From the IMG/VR virus record IMGVR_UViG_3300013723_000002: DNA of 64,000 nt. One strand, written 5' to 3'. Positions 35,884 through 45,943 of the stretch are shown piece after piece. The first letter of the stretch is position 1. Each line of letters starts with the position of its first letter. Under the pieces are notes generated by a model that made no database searches, was not told the DNA's origin, and saw only the letters and a program-made list of their open reading frames with translations. This DNA comes from a virus. Made by a program: the position numbers and the translations under genes.

Positions 35884-37539
35884 TTATTCAGCATAAAGCT
35901 CTTTAGCGGTCTGAACACCGTGAGTATTAATACATGCAACAACAACGGCTTGGCCAGCAGCTAAATTGCGTCCTAGGGCTACGCTGTATGGGCCACTTAC
36001 CTGTTGTTCGATGGTGCTGTTGTCATCCAGGATAATCCGCAATAAACAGTCTGGATCTGTTATCCCTTCTAAGACACTATTTTCAGAAGTCAGAAAAGCT
36101 GTAAATTTTTGGATTTCAGTGAATGTCAAAGTCTTTAATGCTCCATTATGGCCAATTGTTACCAGCTCGCCTGGATTTAGTGCGGTATCCAAGGCTAATT
36201 TCCATTCGTAATCTATAACCTGGACTGTTTTGGCATCTTGGCCAGGTAAAGTAATCGTTACTTCTGGTCCATTCGCTGTACCAAATACACTTAATCCATC
36301 ATTGGCCAGATAGCCTTCAAACGGCATAATATAAGTTGCTTCTAAAGACTCACGTATTGTTGAAACTTTAACTATTTCGCCTGGTACCAATGCAGTTGGT
36401 AAGGTGTACTGCCAATCTCCATTTGAGTCTGGGAAGGTACTAGATGACGCGCCGTTTATTTCAATATGAACCTCAAGATCTGGGCGGGCTTTACCTGCTA
36501 AATGTCGGTTATCCAAGATTTGAAAAGAAAGGGGATAGCTAGGTGCACTTTGGCCCGTATATGTGACTTTTGCAGCATCTACCGTATTAATTAATATTGT
36601 GACCACTTCGTTATGCTGTAGACCGTATGGCAATGCAATAGTCCAGTTGCCGGTTAAATCTGCAACATCAGAAAGTATGTTATTACTGTCTGTCACAATA
36701 CTGACTTGAGCGTGTGGCTCAGGTGCGGTACCTGACACAAAATAGCCCGCTTCATCCAAAAGATAGCTGAATTTAAAACAGGTCAGTTCTTTAGCTTCAC
36801 TTCGTTCTTCAGTATTTGCGATATAGACCTGAATCTTATCCCCGTGAATAAATTCTTCTTCAGACGTCCAAGACCAGGATAAATCTGGACCAGGTTGAGC
36901 GGTAACATTCCCCAGGCGTGAAGTGATATATACCTTGGCGCGGCTATCTTCTACCATACCTGAAACTGTCTTATTGTCTTGGCCCAAAATGGCCGTAAAA
37001 TCTTTATCTAGCTGCACATACGGCGCGGCCTTCTCAACGTTGATAATGACCATATCTTGTGGCTTGGTGCCTATAAAGATAATGATATTGTTTGTACCAA
37101 CTTGAAGGTTATTTTCATCTAGTGAATATTGCCAGTTGCCCAGTTCATCTGGCTCAGCGTTTGTATTTGTACCATCTTCAAACACAATCCGAACCACGGA
37201 TTTTAACGGCGCTGTGCCGCGTAATATCATCGTTTCAACATCATAAGCCGCAGCAAATGTAATATTGTCGGTATCGGTTGCCTGGTTAGTGTTGGTAAAT
37301 TTAAATACGTTCTGGCCAACCAGATTATTAGCCAGGTTTAATGAACGGCGGATAGAGTCTGCATTAATATCGCCGCTCACTTGAATATCGTATTCAGCGC
37401 CTATTGGCAGATTAATTTCATTAACAGCAGATAAAATAATTTCACCGCCTTCAGTGAAAACGGTTTCATTGCGTACTGTCTGGACTGTACTGGTAATCTC
37501 AGTTGAAACGGTATGCTTCAACGTTTGATCTTGGTTCAT
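35884..37539 (-). CDS. Ig-like/beta-sandwich repeat protein (551 aa), surface decoration or fibre-associated
   Basis: About five to six repeated ~85-aa modules with recurring G(T/N)A.P...V.I......(D/G).(G/L)(N/D)W motifs. Headed by late box 37588-37607. Confidence 0.55.
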   Translation of the reverse strand: MNQDQTLKHTVSTEITSTVQTVRNETVFTEGGEIILSAVNEINLPIGAEYDIQVSGDINADSIRRSLNLANNLVGQNVFKFTNTNQATDTDNITFAAAYDVETMILRGTAPLKSVVRIVFEDGTNTNAEPDELGNWQYSLDENNLQVGTNNIIIFIGTKPQDMVIINVEKAAPYVQLDKDFTAILGQDNKTVSGMVEDSRAKVYITSRLGNVTAQPGPDLSWSWTSEEEFIHGDKIQVYIANTEERSEAKELTCFKFSYLLDEAGYFVSGTAPEPHAQVSIVTDSNNILSDVADLTGNWTIALPYGLQHNEVVTILINTVDAAKVTYTGQSAPSYPLSFQILDNRHLAGKARPDLEVHIEINGASSSTFPDSNGDWQYTLPTALVPGEIVKVSTIRESLEATYIMPFEGYLANDGLSVFGTANGPEVTITLPGQDAKTVQVIDYEWKLALDTALNPGELVTIGHNGALKTLTFTEIQKFTAFLTSENSVLEGITDPDCLLRIILDDNSTIEQQVSGPYSVALGRNLAAGQAVVVACINTHGVQTAKELYAE

Positions 37540-37587
37540 AGCGTTATCTCACTCTAAAGATAACGCTATTTTGTCTGCTCCTGAAAA

Positions 37588-37607
37588 GTGCTTATTTTAT
37601 TGTTCCC
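37588..37607 (-). promoter_or_regulatory. Late box (GGGAACAATAAAATAAGCAC) upstream of the Ig-repeat gene
   Basis: GGAAC lies 67 nt upstream of ATG 37539. Confidence 0.5.
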
Positions 37608-37612
37608 AAGTT

Positions 37613-39664
37613 TTAAAGCGCCGTAATCTGAACGGTCGCACAACCGGCTTCACCAATTTTTCCGTTATTCAGCTCAGGTGTAATGCTGTCCGGCCGGCCA
37701 TAATTTCCAACTTGAATAGTGCCCTTGACCGGCTGATTTGACGTATTTTCAAAAACAAGATGAATATGAGCACCAGATCCACCGCCAGCGCCATAACAAC
37801 GATGCTTGCGTGTTTCCACTGTATAGCCCCCTTCACCACCTTGGCCAAACATATAACGTGTTAAGCCGCCGCGTGTATCACGGTTACACCAGTCATGGGC
37901 AGTTTCCAGATAGGCTTTTTCACCATTGGTCTGGCTAATTAATTTAGCTTGGCCAAGATTTACCAAGTTTACTGTTCCACCCTCACCCGCTACACCTTGG
38001 ATGTAAGCACTACCATTGTTCCAGACTCCACGGTAGCCCCCTTTCCCGCCGCCAGCGATTAAATGAGTATCGCCCAAGTCTAAAATAGTATCGTTGCCAG
38101 CATCCATTTTTAACCAGGCGGCGCTGATATTTGAGGCCCATAAGGAACCTGCACCCGATCCACCCGCCCCTACAAGGTGTATTTCAGCACGTGATTTGGC
38201 CGGGATAGTAATTTCATGAGTTCCTGCACGATACAAGTCATAGCCGCCGTCCAGCTCAAAGACAGCCCAGCTGACTGGTCCCGTATAAGCAATCGGATTA
38301 CTGCCAGACCGGTCATATACATCAATATCAAAAGACTTACTGTTACGTTTGATCTGCCAGGCTTCATGAGCACCTTCCGGGGTAATCTGCAACATATAGT
38401 TCGGACTCGTAAAGTCCCATTTCTGGCCAGATGGTACCTGCACCTTAAACGTCCCGCTACTCGATACGCCAGACATTAACAGCCGTGGATTAACTGCCCC
38501 TTTTTCTAATATATTCTGGCCATCATTTGGCTGGAAAACTGCATAACTGACCTGGCCAACATAGCCCACGCGACTGGTACCCGAACGATTAAAAAGATTT
38601 ACCGTAAGTTCTTTATCAGTTTTAGAAATGATCCAGGCTTCATGAGCGCCTTCCGGGGTAATCAATACGGTGCACTTTGATATATCGATATTACTATCAG
38701 CTGGACGTGAAATTTTCATCGTACCGCTCACTGGTACACAACCTGACATGACTAAACCAGGCATGGCCTGAGCTGTCATTTCATCACGTTCTTGGCCATC
38801 AATTATGGCCCAGTTAATTTTTCCGGAATAACCAACGCGACTGGTACCCGAACGGTTATAGACTGAAAGACTAAAAGCCTTCGCCTGGCGGCTGAGATTC
38901 CAACCCTCATGAGCACCTTCAGGCGTTACCAGGATACTGTAACGTTGATCAGTCAAAACGCCGTTAAATGTATCATTCATGAGCACGTTATTTGAAGATT
39001 GGCCAAGCTGCAAAATGCCGCCATATAAGCGTTTGGGCAACATGGATAAGAATACTTCATTCAGACGGCGCACTTGATCGATATAGCCCTGAATAATAGA
39101 TCTTACGTCAAACTTAGTTGCATATTGCGGGTGTGGATCTGCATGGTTGATATGGGCCTTGAAGATCTCTTGAATGAAATAAATATATTGCGGATGGGGA
39201 TTTTTATGTTGTAGGTGCATTTTCATAAGTGCCGACAAAATCATATCTTGTGGGCTAAAACTTAATTTGATCTTTTTCCCAACAATATTCTGGTCCAGTG
39301 CTACCGCAAAAAACAGACTGAAGAATGAGCCTGGTTCTGTAGTAAAAAATTGTCCTGCTTCCAGGCTGGCCACGGCGAATAGAACGCCGTTACGGTCAAA
39401 TAGGCCTATCTCACTGATTTGAATTTCCTGATTGACCTGACCAGATGAAATAAAGCGAAGTATCTGATTATCTGTATCAATATGACCATTAACAAGCGGA
39501 AATTCAGCCCATTTGCTGCTTAAACTTAGAATAGCTGGATCTGTTTTATAATGGCCAGTACCCAATTGAATGCTGCCAAATTCAAGTTGAAAACCGCTAT
39601 TTAAAACAGAAGTCATGGCTGCTTTTCCGGCAGCGGTCATAGTTAAAAAAATAGTTTTAGACAT
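37613..39664 (-). CDS. Tail fibre protein 2 (P2 gpH-like N-terminus, 3 internal repeats, Gly-rich C-terminal domain)
   Basis: TAAGKAAMTSVL...IGLFDRNGVLFAVAS is a gpH-type N-terminus. Two H..(N/D)PHPQY motifs. Three PEGAHE(G/A)W...NRSG(T/S)..(V/I).Y.G...WA(I/V) repeats. GAGGSGAG/GGGKGG tracts. Start ATG 39664 (MSKTIF). Confidence 0.75.
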   Translation of the reverse strand: MSKTIFLTMTAAGKAAMTSVLNSGFQLEFGSIQLGTGHYKTDPAILSLSSKWAEFPLVNGHIDTDNQILRFISSGQVNQEIQISEIGLFDRNGVLFAVASLEAGQFFTTEPGSFFSLFFAVALDQNIVGKKIKLSFSPQDMILSALMKMHLQHKNPHPQYIYFIQEIFKAHINHADPHPQYATKFDVRSIIQGYIDQVRRLNEVFLSMLPKRLYGGILQLGQSSNNVLMNDTFNGVLTDQRYSILVTPEGAHEGWNLSRQAKAFSLSVYNRSGTSRVGYSGKINWAIIDGQERDEMTAQAMPGLVMSGCVPVSGTMKISRPADSNIDISKCTVLITPEGAHEAWIISKTDKELTVNLFNRSGTSRVGYVGQVSYAVFQPNDGQNILEKGAVNPRLLMSGVSSSGTFKVQVPSGQKWDFTSPNYMLQITPEGAHEAWQIKRNSKSFDIDVYDRSGSNPIAYTGPVSWAVFELDGGYDLYRAGTHEITIPAKSRAEIHLVGAGGSGAGSLWASNISAAWLKMDAGNDTILDLGDTHLIAGGGKGGYRGVWNNGSAYIQGVAGEGGTVNLVNLGQAKLISQTNGEKAYLETAHDWCNRDTRGGLTRYMFGQGGEGGYTVETRKHRCYGAGGGSGAHIHLVFENTSNQPVKGTIQVGNYGRPDSITPELNNGKIGEAGCATVQITAL
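38249..39037 (-). repeat. Three tandem ~90-aa coding repeats inside tail fibre 2
   Basis: The repeated PEGAHE.W...(Y/F)NRSGTSRVGY.G...(W/Y)A block occurs at aa ~265, ~354 and ~447 of the ORF-track protein. Confidence 0.7.
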
Positions 39665-39738
39665 AATAAAAAAAGGTTCCAGAATTACTTTCATTATGGG
39701 AAAGTTCCTGGAACCCAATTTTTTTTATTACCAGATTA

Positions 39739-41814
39739 TTAGACTTCAAAACTCAAGATAGCAAAACCAACACCGCCGTCATCACCAGGATTACCATTAG
39801 TCTGAGCAGTTGGTGCTTTCCAGCCAGCACCTTTTTTCCCTACATTCAAACTAAGATTAACGGCCTCTTGACTGGTATTAATAAACTCAAGCCTCATATA
39901 AGCACCAGATCCGCCGCCGCCGCCATAAGACCACTTTTCATCCCCGATACCCCAGGCCCCTTGGCCACCCGCATTATTAACCTGCAAGCCTGAAATTAAT
40001 GAAGTGGCCACGCCGCCTGGTTGCCGCACCCATCGTTCAACACGTATAGCATCATTACCATTTTGGCTTTCAAGTAATTTAAATGACCCTAGTTCATTAA
40101 TGGTATTTTTACCACCCGGACCTGGTGCACCATTAGTAAATGATGACCCGTTCCCCCAGTTTGCACCGCCCCCACCTTTACCACCGCCGGCAGTTAGTAA
40201 AGCTGGTCCATACTGAAGAACAATATCTCCACCGTCCCCCCCATTGGATGGAATATTCCAGATCTGACTTGAATAGTTATGAATTGATCCGCCGCCGCCG
40301 CCCCCAGCTGCGAATAAATCAATCGTGACTTTTTGCCCAGGTTTTATAGCTACCTGATGTTGTCCTTCGTAATAAATTACCCGCTTAATTGGCCGTTTAA
40401 TCGCGAATACCGCCCAGTTTACCCGGCCGCTATAAGCACTCTGGTTTGTTCCGGAACGGTTATACACGGCGACATTAAAGCGCTCACTTGAGCGGCCAAT
40501 TGTCCAGCCTTCATTTTGATTATCTGGCGTAACAAAGACTGCATAGTTAGGATCTGTAAAATCCATATCCGTTGGTGCATTAATAGAAAAATTAGCACCG
40601 TCAGCAGTACCAGCTAAGACCAGTTTAGGATAACTTCCCGCCAGATCTGGCGGCACGGCTTTAGCCTTCATTAAAGACCAGTTAATGCGTCCCGTGTACG
40701 GAATCCGGTTTGTTCCGGAGCGTTCATAAACGTTAATACTGATTTCTGCATCAGTCCGGGTAATTTCCCAGCCTTCATGAGCGCCTTCAGGTGAAATAAG
40801 CAAGACTACTCTAGGATCTGTATATCTGAGTTCTTCCCAGCTTTCCCGGATAATTTTTGTAGTCTGGCCAACATTAAAAACACCGGATTTAATTTCATTA
40901 TCAAACTGATTACCTGGTGCAATAAAACCCTTATTACTTAATGTCCGTATAGTATCCAGGACTAACCAGTTACCGCGTCCCGTGCTGTCAATTCGATTTG
41001 TGCCAGAACGGTTATAAGCATAGGTTTTAATCTGGTTAGCCTCTCGCGTAGTGGACCAACCTTCATGTTGTGATTCTTGGCAGTACATATAGACCAGCCC
41101 GGCATCTTGTAAGCTGTAATGCGCGCCTGGTGGCAACGTAGCTATACTATTTGCCCCCATATCACTACCCATTCGCAAAAGTGGCGGAAAAAAGACCTGT
41201 GTAATACCGATTAGATTTTTAATCTGGTCATCGAGCTTCTTAGTTTCATCATTTAAGAATGTCTTTAATGCGTATTGCGGGTGTGGATCTGCTGCGTCTA
41301 AGTGCGCTTGCATCATAGCGTTTGCTAGAGCGGTATATTGCGGGTGTGGATCTTCGGCCAAGCTGTGTGCCTGCATCAATGTAGCAGCTAATGGCGCCGT
41401 ACCATCAGTGACGACCTCAATATTATTCGGACTGAGCGCATTTTCGATAGGTAGACCAAAATTCGCCACATAATCCAGACTTGGATATAAACGGAAATAA
41501 TAGCCTTGTGGTTTAGAGGCCACGGCAAATAGAACACCGGTAGAGGTATAAATCCCAATCTCTGTAACGTTTTTCTCTAGCGTATGGGACATGATCATCG
41601 TGAAGCGTAAAGATCCGGTTGTTTCTTCTACGCCACCTGCGGATATACCTTTATCAGTAAATTTCGCGGCCATTTCGGTACGATCCGCCGTGGGTATGTA
41701 TTGACCAGATCCCAGCCCCACTTTACTTAAAGTTAATTTGATCCCAATGGCGGCGGCGTCTATTGCTGCCAGCCGGCCTACTTTGGTCACTATAAAATTA
41801 ATTGGTTCAGACAT
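39739..41814 (-). CDS. Tail fibre protein 1 (paralogue of fibre 2)
   Basis: Same architecture: gpH-like N-terminus (IGIYTSTGVLFAVAS), two DPHPQY motifs, three (E/N)EGW...YNRSGTN...G..NW repeats and a poly-Gly C-terminal domain. ATG 41814 (MSEPINF) gives the canonical 66-nt spacing from late box 41864-41880. The ORF-track start is 41829. Confidence 0.75.
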   Translation of the reverse strand: MSEPINFIVTKVGRLAAIDAAAIGIKLTLSKVGLGSGQYIPTADRTEMAAKFTDKGISAGGVEETTGSLRFTMIMSHTLEKNVTEIGIYTSTGVLFAVASKPQGYYFRLYPSLDYVANFGLPIENALSPNNIEVVTDGTAPLAATLMQAHSLAEDPHPQYTALANAMMQAHLDAADPHPQYALKTFLNDETKKLDDQIKNLIGITQVFFPPLLRMGSDMGANSIATLPPGAHYSLQDAGLVYMYCQESQHEGWSTTREANQIKTYAYNRSGTNRIDSTGRGNWLVLDTIRTLSNKGFIAPGNQFDNEIKSGVFNVGQTTKIIRESWEELRYTDPRVVLLISPEGAHEGWEITRTDAEISINVYERSGTNRIPYTGRINWSLMKAKAVPPDLAGSYPKLVLAGTADGANFSINAPTDMDFTDPNYAVFVTPDNQNEGWTIGRSSERFNVAVYNRSGTNQSAYSGRVNWAVFAIKRPIKRVIYYEGQHQVAIKPGQKVTIDLFAAGGGGGGSIHNYSSQIWNIPSNGGDGGDIVLQYGPALLTAGGGKGGGGANWGNGSSFTNGAPGPGGKNTINELGSFKLLESQNGNDAIRVERWVRQPGGVATSLISGLQVNNAGGQGAWGIGDEKWSYGGGGGSGAYMRLEFINTSQEAVNLSLNVGKKGAGWKAPTAQTNGNPGDDGGVGFAILSFEV
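40399..41187 (-). repeat. Three tandem ~90-aa coding repeats inside tail fibre 1
   Basis: Repeats QHEGWSTTRE..YAYNRSGTNRIDSTGRGNW, PEGAHEGWEITR..VYERSGTNRIPYTGRINW and PDNQNEGWTIGR..VYNRSGTNQSAYSGRVNW. Confidence 0.7.
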
Positions 41815-41863
41815 AAGAAAGCCCATCATTAGAATGGGCTTATTATTGGCTGGCCAGAATATT

Positions 41864-41880
41864 GCCTAATTTTTTGTTCG
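41864..41880 (-). promoter_or_regulatory. Late box variant (CGAACAAAAAATTAGGC) upstream of tail fibre 1
   Basis: Starts right after the terminase stop. Lies 66 nt upstream of ATG 41814. Confidence 0.45.
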
Positions 41881-43464
41881 CTAATCAATATCATCAGCAA
41901 TAGCAGCCAATTCCTCAAAACTTCCAGTTGGCGGCGCCGTTTCTGCGGCTTGTTCATTTTCCCCGACCTTTTCAGCTTGATCCGGTTCATCCCAGTTTGA
42001 CTTGGCAGGTGTATAGTGAATGTTCTCCATATAGATAAATGCCAAGGTATCTGACATATCCGGGGACTTAATCCCTTTGCGCCGCATTTCCTCTTTTGAC
42101 AGCACTTTATAACGGCTCTGGTCATCAAATGTATAAGCAATCCGGGTAATTTGCTCTTCCATCTTGGCTTTATATTTTTTAGTTAAAATTTTGATACGTC
42201 CTGCCTTAATCGCCCTGGCTAGAGTGACGTTAGCTTGAGCACGGCGGTTGACGAATTGTTTTTTATTATCATTGTCAAAGCAAGCTCCACCCCAGTGGAT
42301 CTCTTTAAAGTAGATTCCTTTTGACTTTAAGTTTTGTGCCAGACCACGGCCCGCGCCGTTAGCATCCAGTAAAATTGTCAGGTTCGGATATGTCAGTAAA
42401 CACTCTTCAAGAATACCGGTTGTTTCATGCAGATCTTCGGTATTTTTGCACATCGGTATATCGATTACTTCAACACGGCGGGCACGATCTCCCCACTGTG
42501 CCTCACCCCATACCCTAGCAATCGTGACTACCGTATCATCACGGCCCACGCCGCCGCCCACGTCCACCGATGCAATATAACCATAGTCCGCATGTTTCTT
42601 ACGGCTAATTGCTTTTTTACCATTGTATAGGCGAGCAGCTTGCGCCCTGGTCACTAGAAATTCTTTGGCCAGATCTGGAAATAGTCCACGAATCCGGATC
42701 ATGTACTGCGGATCATTTCTTGATCCATATTGCATTAAAGATTCTTTAAGTTTCTTTAAAGAAACAATAGGCGACAGCTCACCATTAAAGGTTAAAGCAT
42801 TCCAGATCCCACCAGCCGCTTTAGAAAGTTTATGATGTGTGTCATGAAAAAAGCCGTTTGCACGGGCAGGCTGTGACGTTAGACAAGCCCGGTTATTTGC
42901 ATGGGTTAATGCACCCATAGCAACGTCCATTGCCGCGTCATCAATACCGCAGGCTTCATCACCCCATAGGAAATAGTTATCGCCGTGCTGACCGGCTAGG
43001 TTAGTAGGTTGGTTTTTTGGTGCAGTTTTAGCGATTACATGCCAGGTTTTATCGTGGCCTTTGATATAAACCGTTTCAGCCAGAATCGTTACATAATCAG
43101 CAAGCCAGGCTAAATGGGTTGTCTTTAACCGTGCTAGACAGATGGCAATTTCTTTCCAGACTAATTTACGCAACTGGTCAATTTGCGGCGCCGTAAACAT
43201 CATTACTGAATCGGGAAAGAATAGAAGATGCCAAAGCGCAATAATGGCCGCGGATCTGGTTTTACCCGTACCGTGCCCAGATGCAACAGTCGTCCGGCTA
43301 CCGTCCTGAGCGACTGACAAGAATAAAAGGTGCTGCTGCCAAGTTACCTCCTGACCCGCCTCCTTTGTCATATTCAGACCTTCAACGGCGAATCGGGTAA
43401 TATCGTAGCGGTAGCGCAAACAAGCCTCTTCCCATTCCGGTAAAGACTTTAAATCTTTAAGCAT
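41881..43464 (-). CDS. Terminase large subunit
   Basis: Walker A-like SGHGTGKTRSAA, Walker B/coupling motif YFLWGDEACGI, and a C-terminal RNaseH-like nuclease region (ASVDVGGGVGRDDTV...LLDANGAG). Headed by late box 43514-43532. Confidence 0.85.
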   Translation of the reverse strand: MLKDLKSLPEWEEACLRYRYDITRFAVEGLNMTKEAGQEVTWQQHLLFLSVAQDGSRTTVASGHGTGKTRSAAIIALWHLLFFPDSVMMFTAPQIDQLRKLVWKEIAICLARLKTTHLAWLADYVTILAETVYIKGHDKTWHVIAKTAPKNQPTNLAGQHGDNYFLWGDEACGIDDAAMDVAMGALTHANNRACLTSQPARANGFFHDTHHKLSKAAGGIWNALTFNGELSPIVSLKKLKESLMQYGSRNDPQYMIRIRGLFPDLAKEFLVTRAQAARLYNGKKAISRKKHADYGYIASVDVGGGVGRDDTVVTIARVWGEAQWGDRARRVEVIDIPMCKNTEDLHETTGILEECLLTYPNLTILLDANGAGRGLAQNLKSKGIYFKEIHWGGACFDNDNKKQFVNRRAQANVTLARAIKAGRIKILTKKYKAKMEEQITRIAYTFDDQSRYKVLSKEEMRRKGIKSPDMSDTLAFIYMENIHYTPAKSNWDEPDQAEKVGENEQAAETAPPTGSFEELAAIADDID

Positions 43465-43513
43465 TAAAAAAGACCTACAACCACGTGGCTGTAAGTCTAT
43501 GGGCAGAAAAAAT

Positions 43514-43532
43514 AGCTAAATTTTTTTGTTCC
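43514..43532 (-). promoter_or_regulatory. Late box (GGAACAAAAAAATTTAGCT) upstream of the large terminase
   Basis: GGAAC lies 68 nt upstream of ATG 43464. Confidence 0.5.
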
Positions 43533-43540
43533 AGACTCCT

Positions 43541-44092
43541 TTAAAGGCAAAATGGAGCGTCAAAATCATCACTATCACTTTGTTGATAGGTCGGATCTGG
43601 CTCATTAATAATTTCAGCTGATATATCATTACTAATCAATTTAGCCGCACACCAGCAGGCCAGGAGAATACAGATATTCCCGTTTTCTGTTTCTGTTGAT
43701 AGTTCCCATACCGAACCTGCAACCACATCGAGCTTACGCTGCTGTAAGACGCCATCTGGCCGGTAGCGCATAACTGAATCAGCCATCTTTAACAAGCCAT
43801 TCTTATGCTTGTCATGATATGCCTTAATAGCCTGTTCCAAATGTTCCCGCTCATTGAAAGCAATATCCCAATTAGCCAGGGTGTTGGGGGAATCTGTCAC
43901 AACTACACGGCGTTCGTTAAGTATGATCTCTTTTAAGCGTTCCGCAGCGGTTTTATCCTTTTTAGGCGGATTATAAGGTTTTTCAGCACTAATATAGATC
44001 CGGCCACTGAGCGAGTCACAAGTGGCAATAAGCCGGGTAGGATTACCTTGATAATTATTCACACGAATATCAATAATCAGTGTTTTACTCAT
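43541..44092 (-). CDS. Hypothetical head-module protein (183 aa from ATG 44092)
   Basis: ATG 44092 overlaps the stop of the upstream gene (ATGAGTAA). The ORF-track start 44140 would overlap it by 56 nt. Confidence 0.55.
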   Translation of the reverse strand: MSKTLIIDIRVNNYQGNPTRLIATCDSLSGRIYISAEKPYNPPKKDKTAAERLKEIILNERRVVVTDSPNTLANWDIAFNEREHLEQAIKAYHDKHKNGLLKMADSVMRYRPDGVLQQRKLDVVAGSVWELSTETENGNICILLACWCAAKLISNDISAEIINEPDPTYQQSDSDDFDAPFCL

Positions 44093-44948
44093 GATTAGGT
44101 ACTCGCTCAATATGCCGTTCACCCGTTTCCGGATCTGCAATAGCCCGGAATATTTCTGACTCTGTTCTGTCCTTATGGTGTAAATCGGCCTCTACAATGA
44201 CGGACCACTCTTGCTGTATTGGCGGTTTAATTTCTTCACCCGTATCCGGGTTATATTCTCCTGGTATCTCTACAGGATCGCGGCCGTCCATATCTACATG
44301 TTCTTCATCTTCATCACCCAGGCCGACGACTTGCGGTAATAGTCCAACAAACTGAAAGTCTACAGTGACCAAGGACAGGTTATTTTGACCAGACGGCACA
44401 CTATCCGGATAAAGTGAATTTTCAAGGACTGTCATTTCCCAGTCATCTTTTACGCCGTTACCCAGGTCATAAGTAACCTTAAAACGGCGCTTGTAGTCGT
44501 CCCCCATATAAGCCACAAACTGATTAATAACGCTTTGGGTAGTATCAGCATCGGCACTGACCATGAGCAGCTGGACACGGTACTGTCGTGCAATTGTGCG
44601 TAACTTGATTGGTGTGTTTTTGGGATCTGTAGGAATAACCGTATCCAGCCAGTAAGGTGTATTGCGTAGACTAGATATATCTGGCGGACTAACCATAGGT
44701 GCTAGGGCTACTAACATTATGGGCAAAGGCCCGGTAAAGTCTTTTTCAGGAGCTTGCTGGCGGTATTTGGCCAGCATAGCATCTGCATCATCAATCATGC
44801 GTCCAGCCACAACCTGGATTGCGTGACGTGCCTCCAAGCGTTTCCAGTGCCGGAAAGGTTTTGTATCAGGCTTAGTCCACTTCTTAAAATCAATCAGAAG
44901 GCGCCCTACGGCGGATTTGACACATTCTAAATTAGATAATTCTTGCAT
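44085..44948 (-). CDS. Hypothetical head-module protein (287 aa)
   Basis: ORF 3 nt downstream of the 289-aa gene. No motif recognised. Confidence 0.55.
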   Translation of the reverse strand: MQELSNLECVKSAVGRLLIDFKKWTKPDTKPFRHWKRLEARHAIQVVAGRMIDDADAMLAKYRQQAPEKDFTGPLPIMLVALAPMVSPPDISSLRNTPYWLDTVIPTDPKNTPIKLRTIARQYRVQLLMVSADADTTQSVINQFVAYMGDDYKRRFKVTYDLGNGVKDDWEMTVLENSLYPDSVPSGQNNLSLVTVDFQFVGLLPQVVGLGDEDEEHVDMDGRDPVEIPGEYNPDTGEEIKPPIQQEWSVIVEADLHHKDRTESEIFRAIADPETGERHIERVPNHE

Positions 44949-44951
44949 GGT

Positions 44952-45821
44952 TTAGCCCCGTCCACCGCCTATGAATTTCCCTAAAAGTCCCATCATCTTG
45001 TCGGCTTGCTGGGCTTGCTTTGTTTTCGGGCTTTCCGCTTCATTAATTTGAGCAATCAGGAAGTTATTAGCCTGGTTAAATTGATACTGAAAATCTGTTT
45101 CCGGACATAGAGCGCTATCAAATTCATTCTGAATAATCTCACCCTCTTTTTCGGCGCGCCGTTTATCTTTCTTACGTTGTAATTCAAGTTTACGCTCTGC
45201 TTTTCTGGCACGGGCTAAAGCGGCCTCACTCATATCATGTAATTGTGCTATTTCACCGATACTGTCATAAAGCTGTACAATTTCTAGCTCTAAACGCTGT
45301 TCTAAAAGCTCCTTTTCTTCATCAGCGTGAATTGAGTCAAAGAGTGCATAGCCAACGTTATCAACAAAGTTCGGCTGAAGAACATAGTCATAGCCGGCAA
45401 AATTCCGCGGTACCAATATGCCGCCTGGTTGCACGAAATAATCACATGCTGTTGAGAAGCCGCCCACATTGGCCATGTACTGACGCATAGCATGATTACC
45501 AGCATCATTCTCTAAAAACTCAGTCTTATGCGTTACGTTGCCATCTGGATCTGCTCTTAAATAAATGGTTCGGATTGCTGGCTCTAAGCGAATGATCTTA
45601 TCGCCAATCATTACGGTTTCGGGTGGATTCATGCCATAACGCTGGCGGATCTGGTGCCCGTAATAACCAATCAGCTGGCCATTTTTCACAAACTCTTGTA
45701 CTTCAGCTGAATTGATCTTATGAATCATGCTTTGAGCGTCTACATTAGAACGGTCTTTACCGGTCACATTGCGACCACGGTTATGTAGACTATAGGTAAT
45801 TTCCTGGGTAATACGTGACAT
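44952..45821 (-). CDS. Head-assembly protein candidate (protease/scaffold-like: globular N-half, charged coiled-coil C-half)
   Basis: Headed by late box 45873-45891. The C-terminal KAERKLELQRKKDKRRAEKEGE coiled coil is scaffold-like. No catalytic triad confirmed. Confidence 0.4.
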   Translation of the reverse strand: MSRITQEITYSLHNRGRNVTGKDRSNVDAQSMIHKINSAEVQEFVKNGQLIGYYGHQIRQRYGMNPPETVMIGDKIIRLEPAIRTIYLRADPDGNVTHKTEFLENDAGNHAMRQYMANVGGFSTACDYFVQPGGILVPRNFAGYDYVLQPNFVDNVGYALFDSIHADEEKELLEQRLELEIVQLYDSIGEIAQLHDMSEAALARARKAERKLELQRKKDKRRAEKEGEIIQNEFDSALCPETDFQYQFNQANNFLIAQINEAESPKTKQAQQADKMMGLLGKFIGGGRG

Positions 45822-45872
45822 GGGATTGCCTTAAAAATAATGCTCAGGCTTATTCTGCTATGGTTAAAAACG

Positions 45873-45891
45873 GCGCTTTTTTATTGTTCCC
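45873..45891 (-). promoter_or_regulatory. Late box (GGGAACAATAAAAAAGCGC) upstream of 44952-45821
   Basis: GGAAC lies 69 nt upstream of ATG 45821. Confidence 0.5.
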
Positions 45892-45943
45892 ATAAATGAA
45901 AAGGCTAGCATTTAAGCCAGCCTTTCACGTTTTAATAGTTAGG

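Noticed and set aside
39666-39720. GGTTCC/GGAACC-containing sequence between the two fibre genes, which might be a fifteenth late box.
   Set aside because: The orientation and flanks differ: AAAAAAAGGTTCC on the plus strand, with no A-tract-TTAG after GGAAC on the minus strand. It forms an 8-bp-stem hairpin (GGTTCCAG...CTGGAACC) followed by a T-run only ~10 nt from the ATG, so it is more likely an attenuator.
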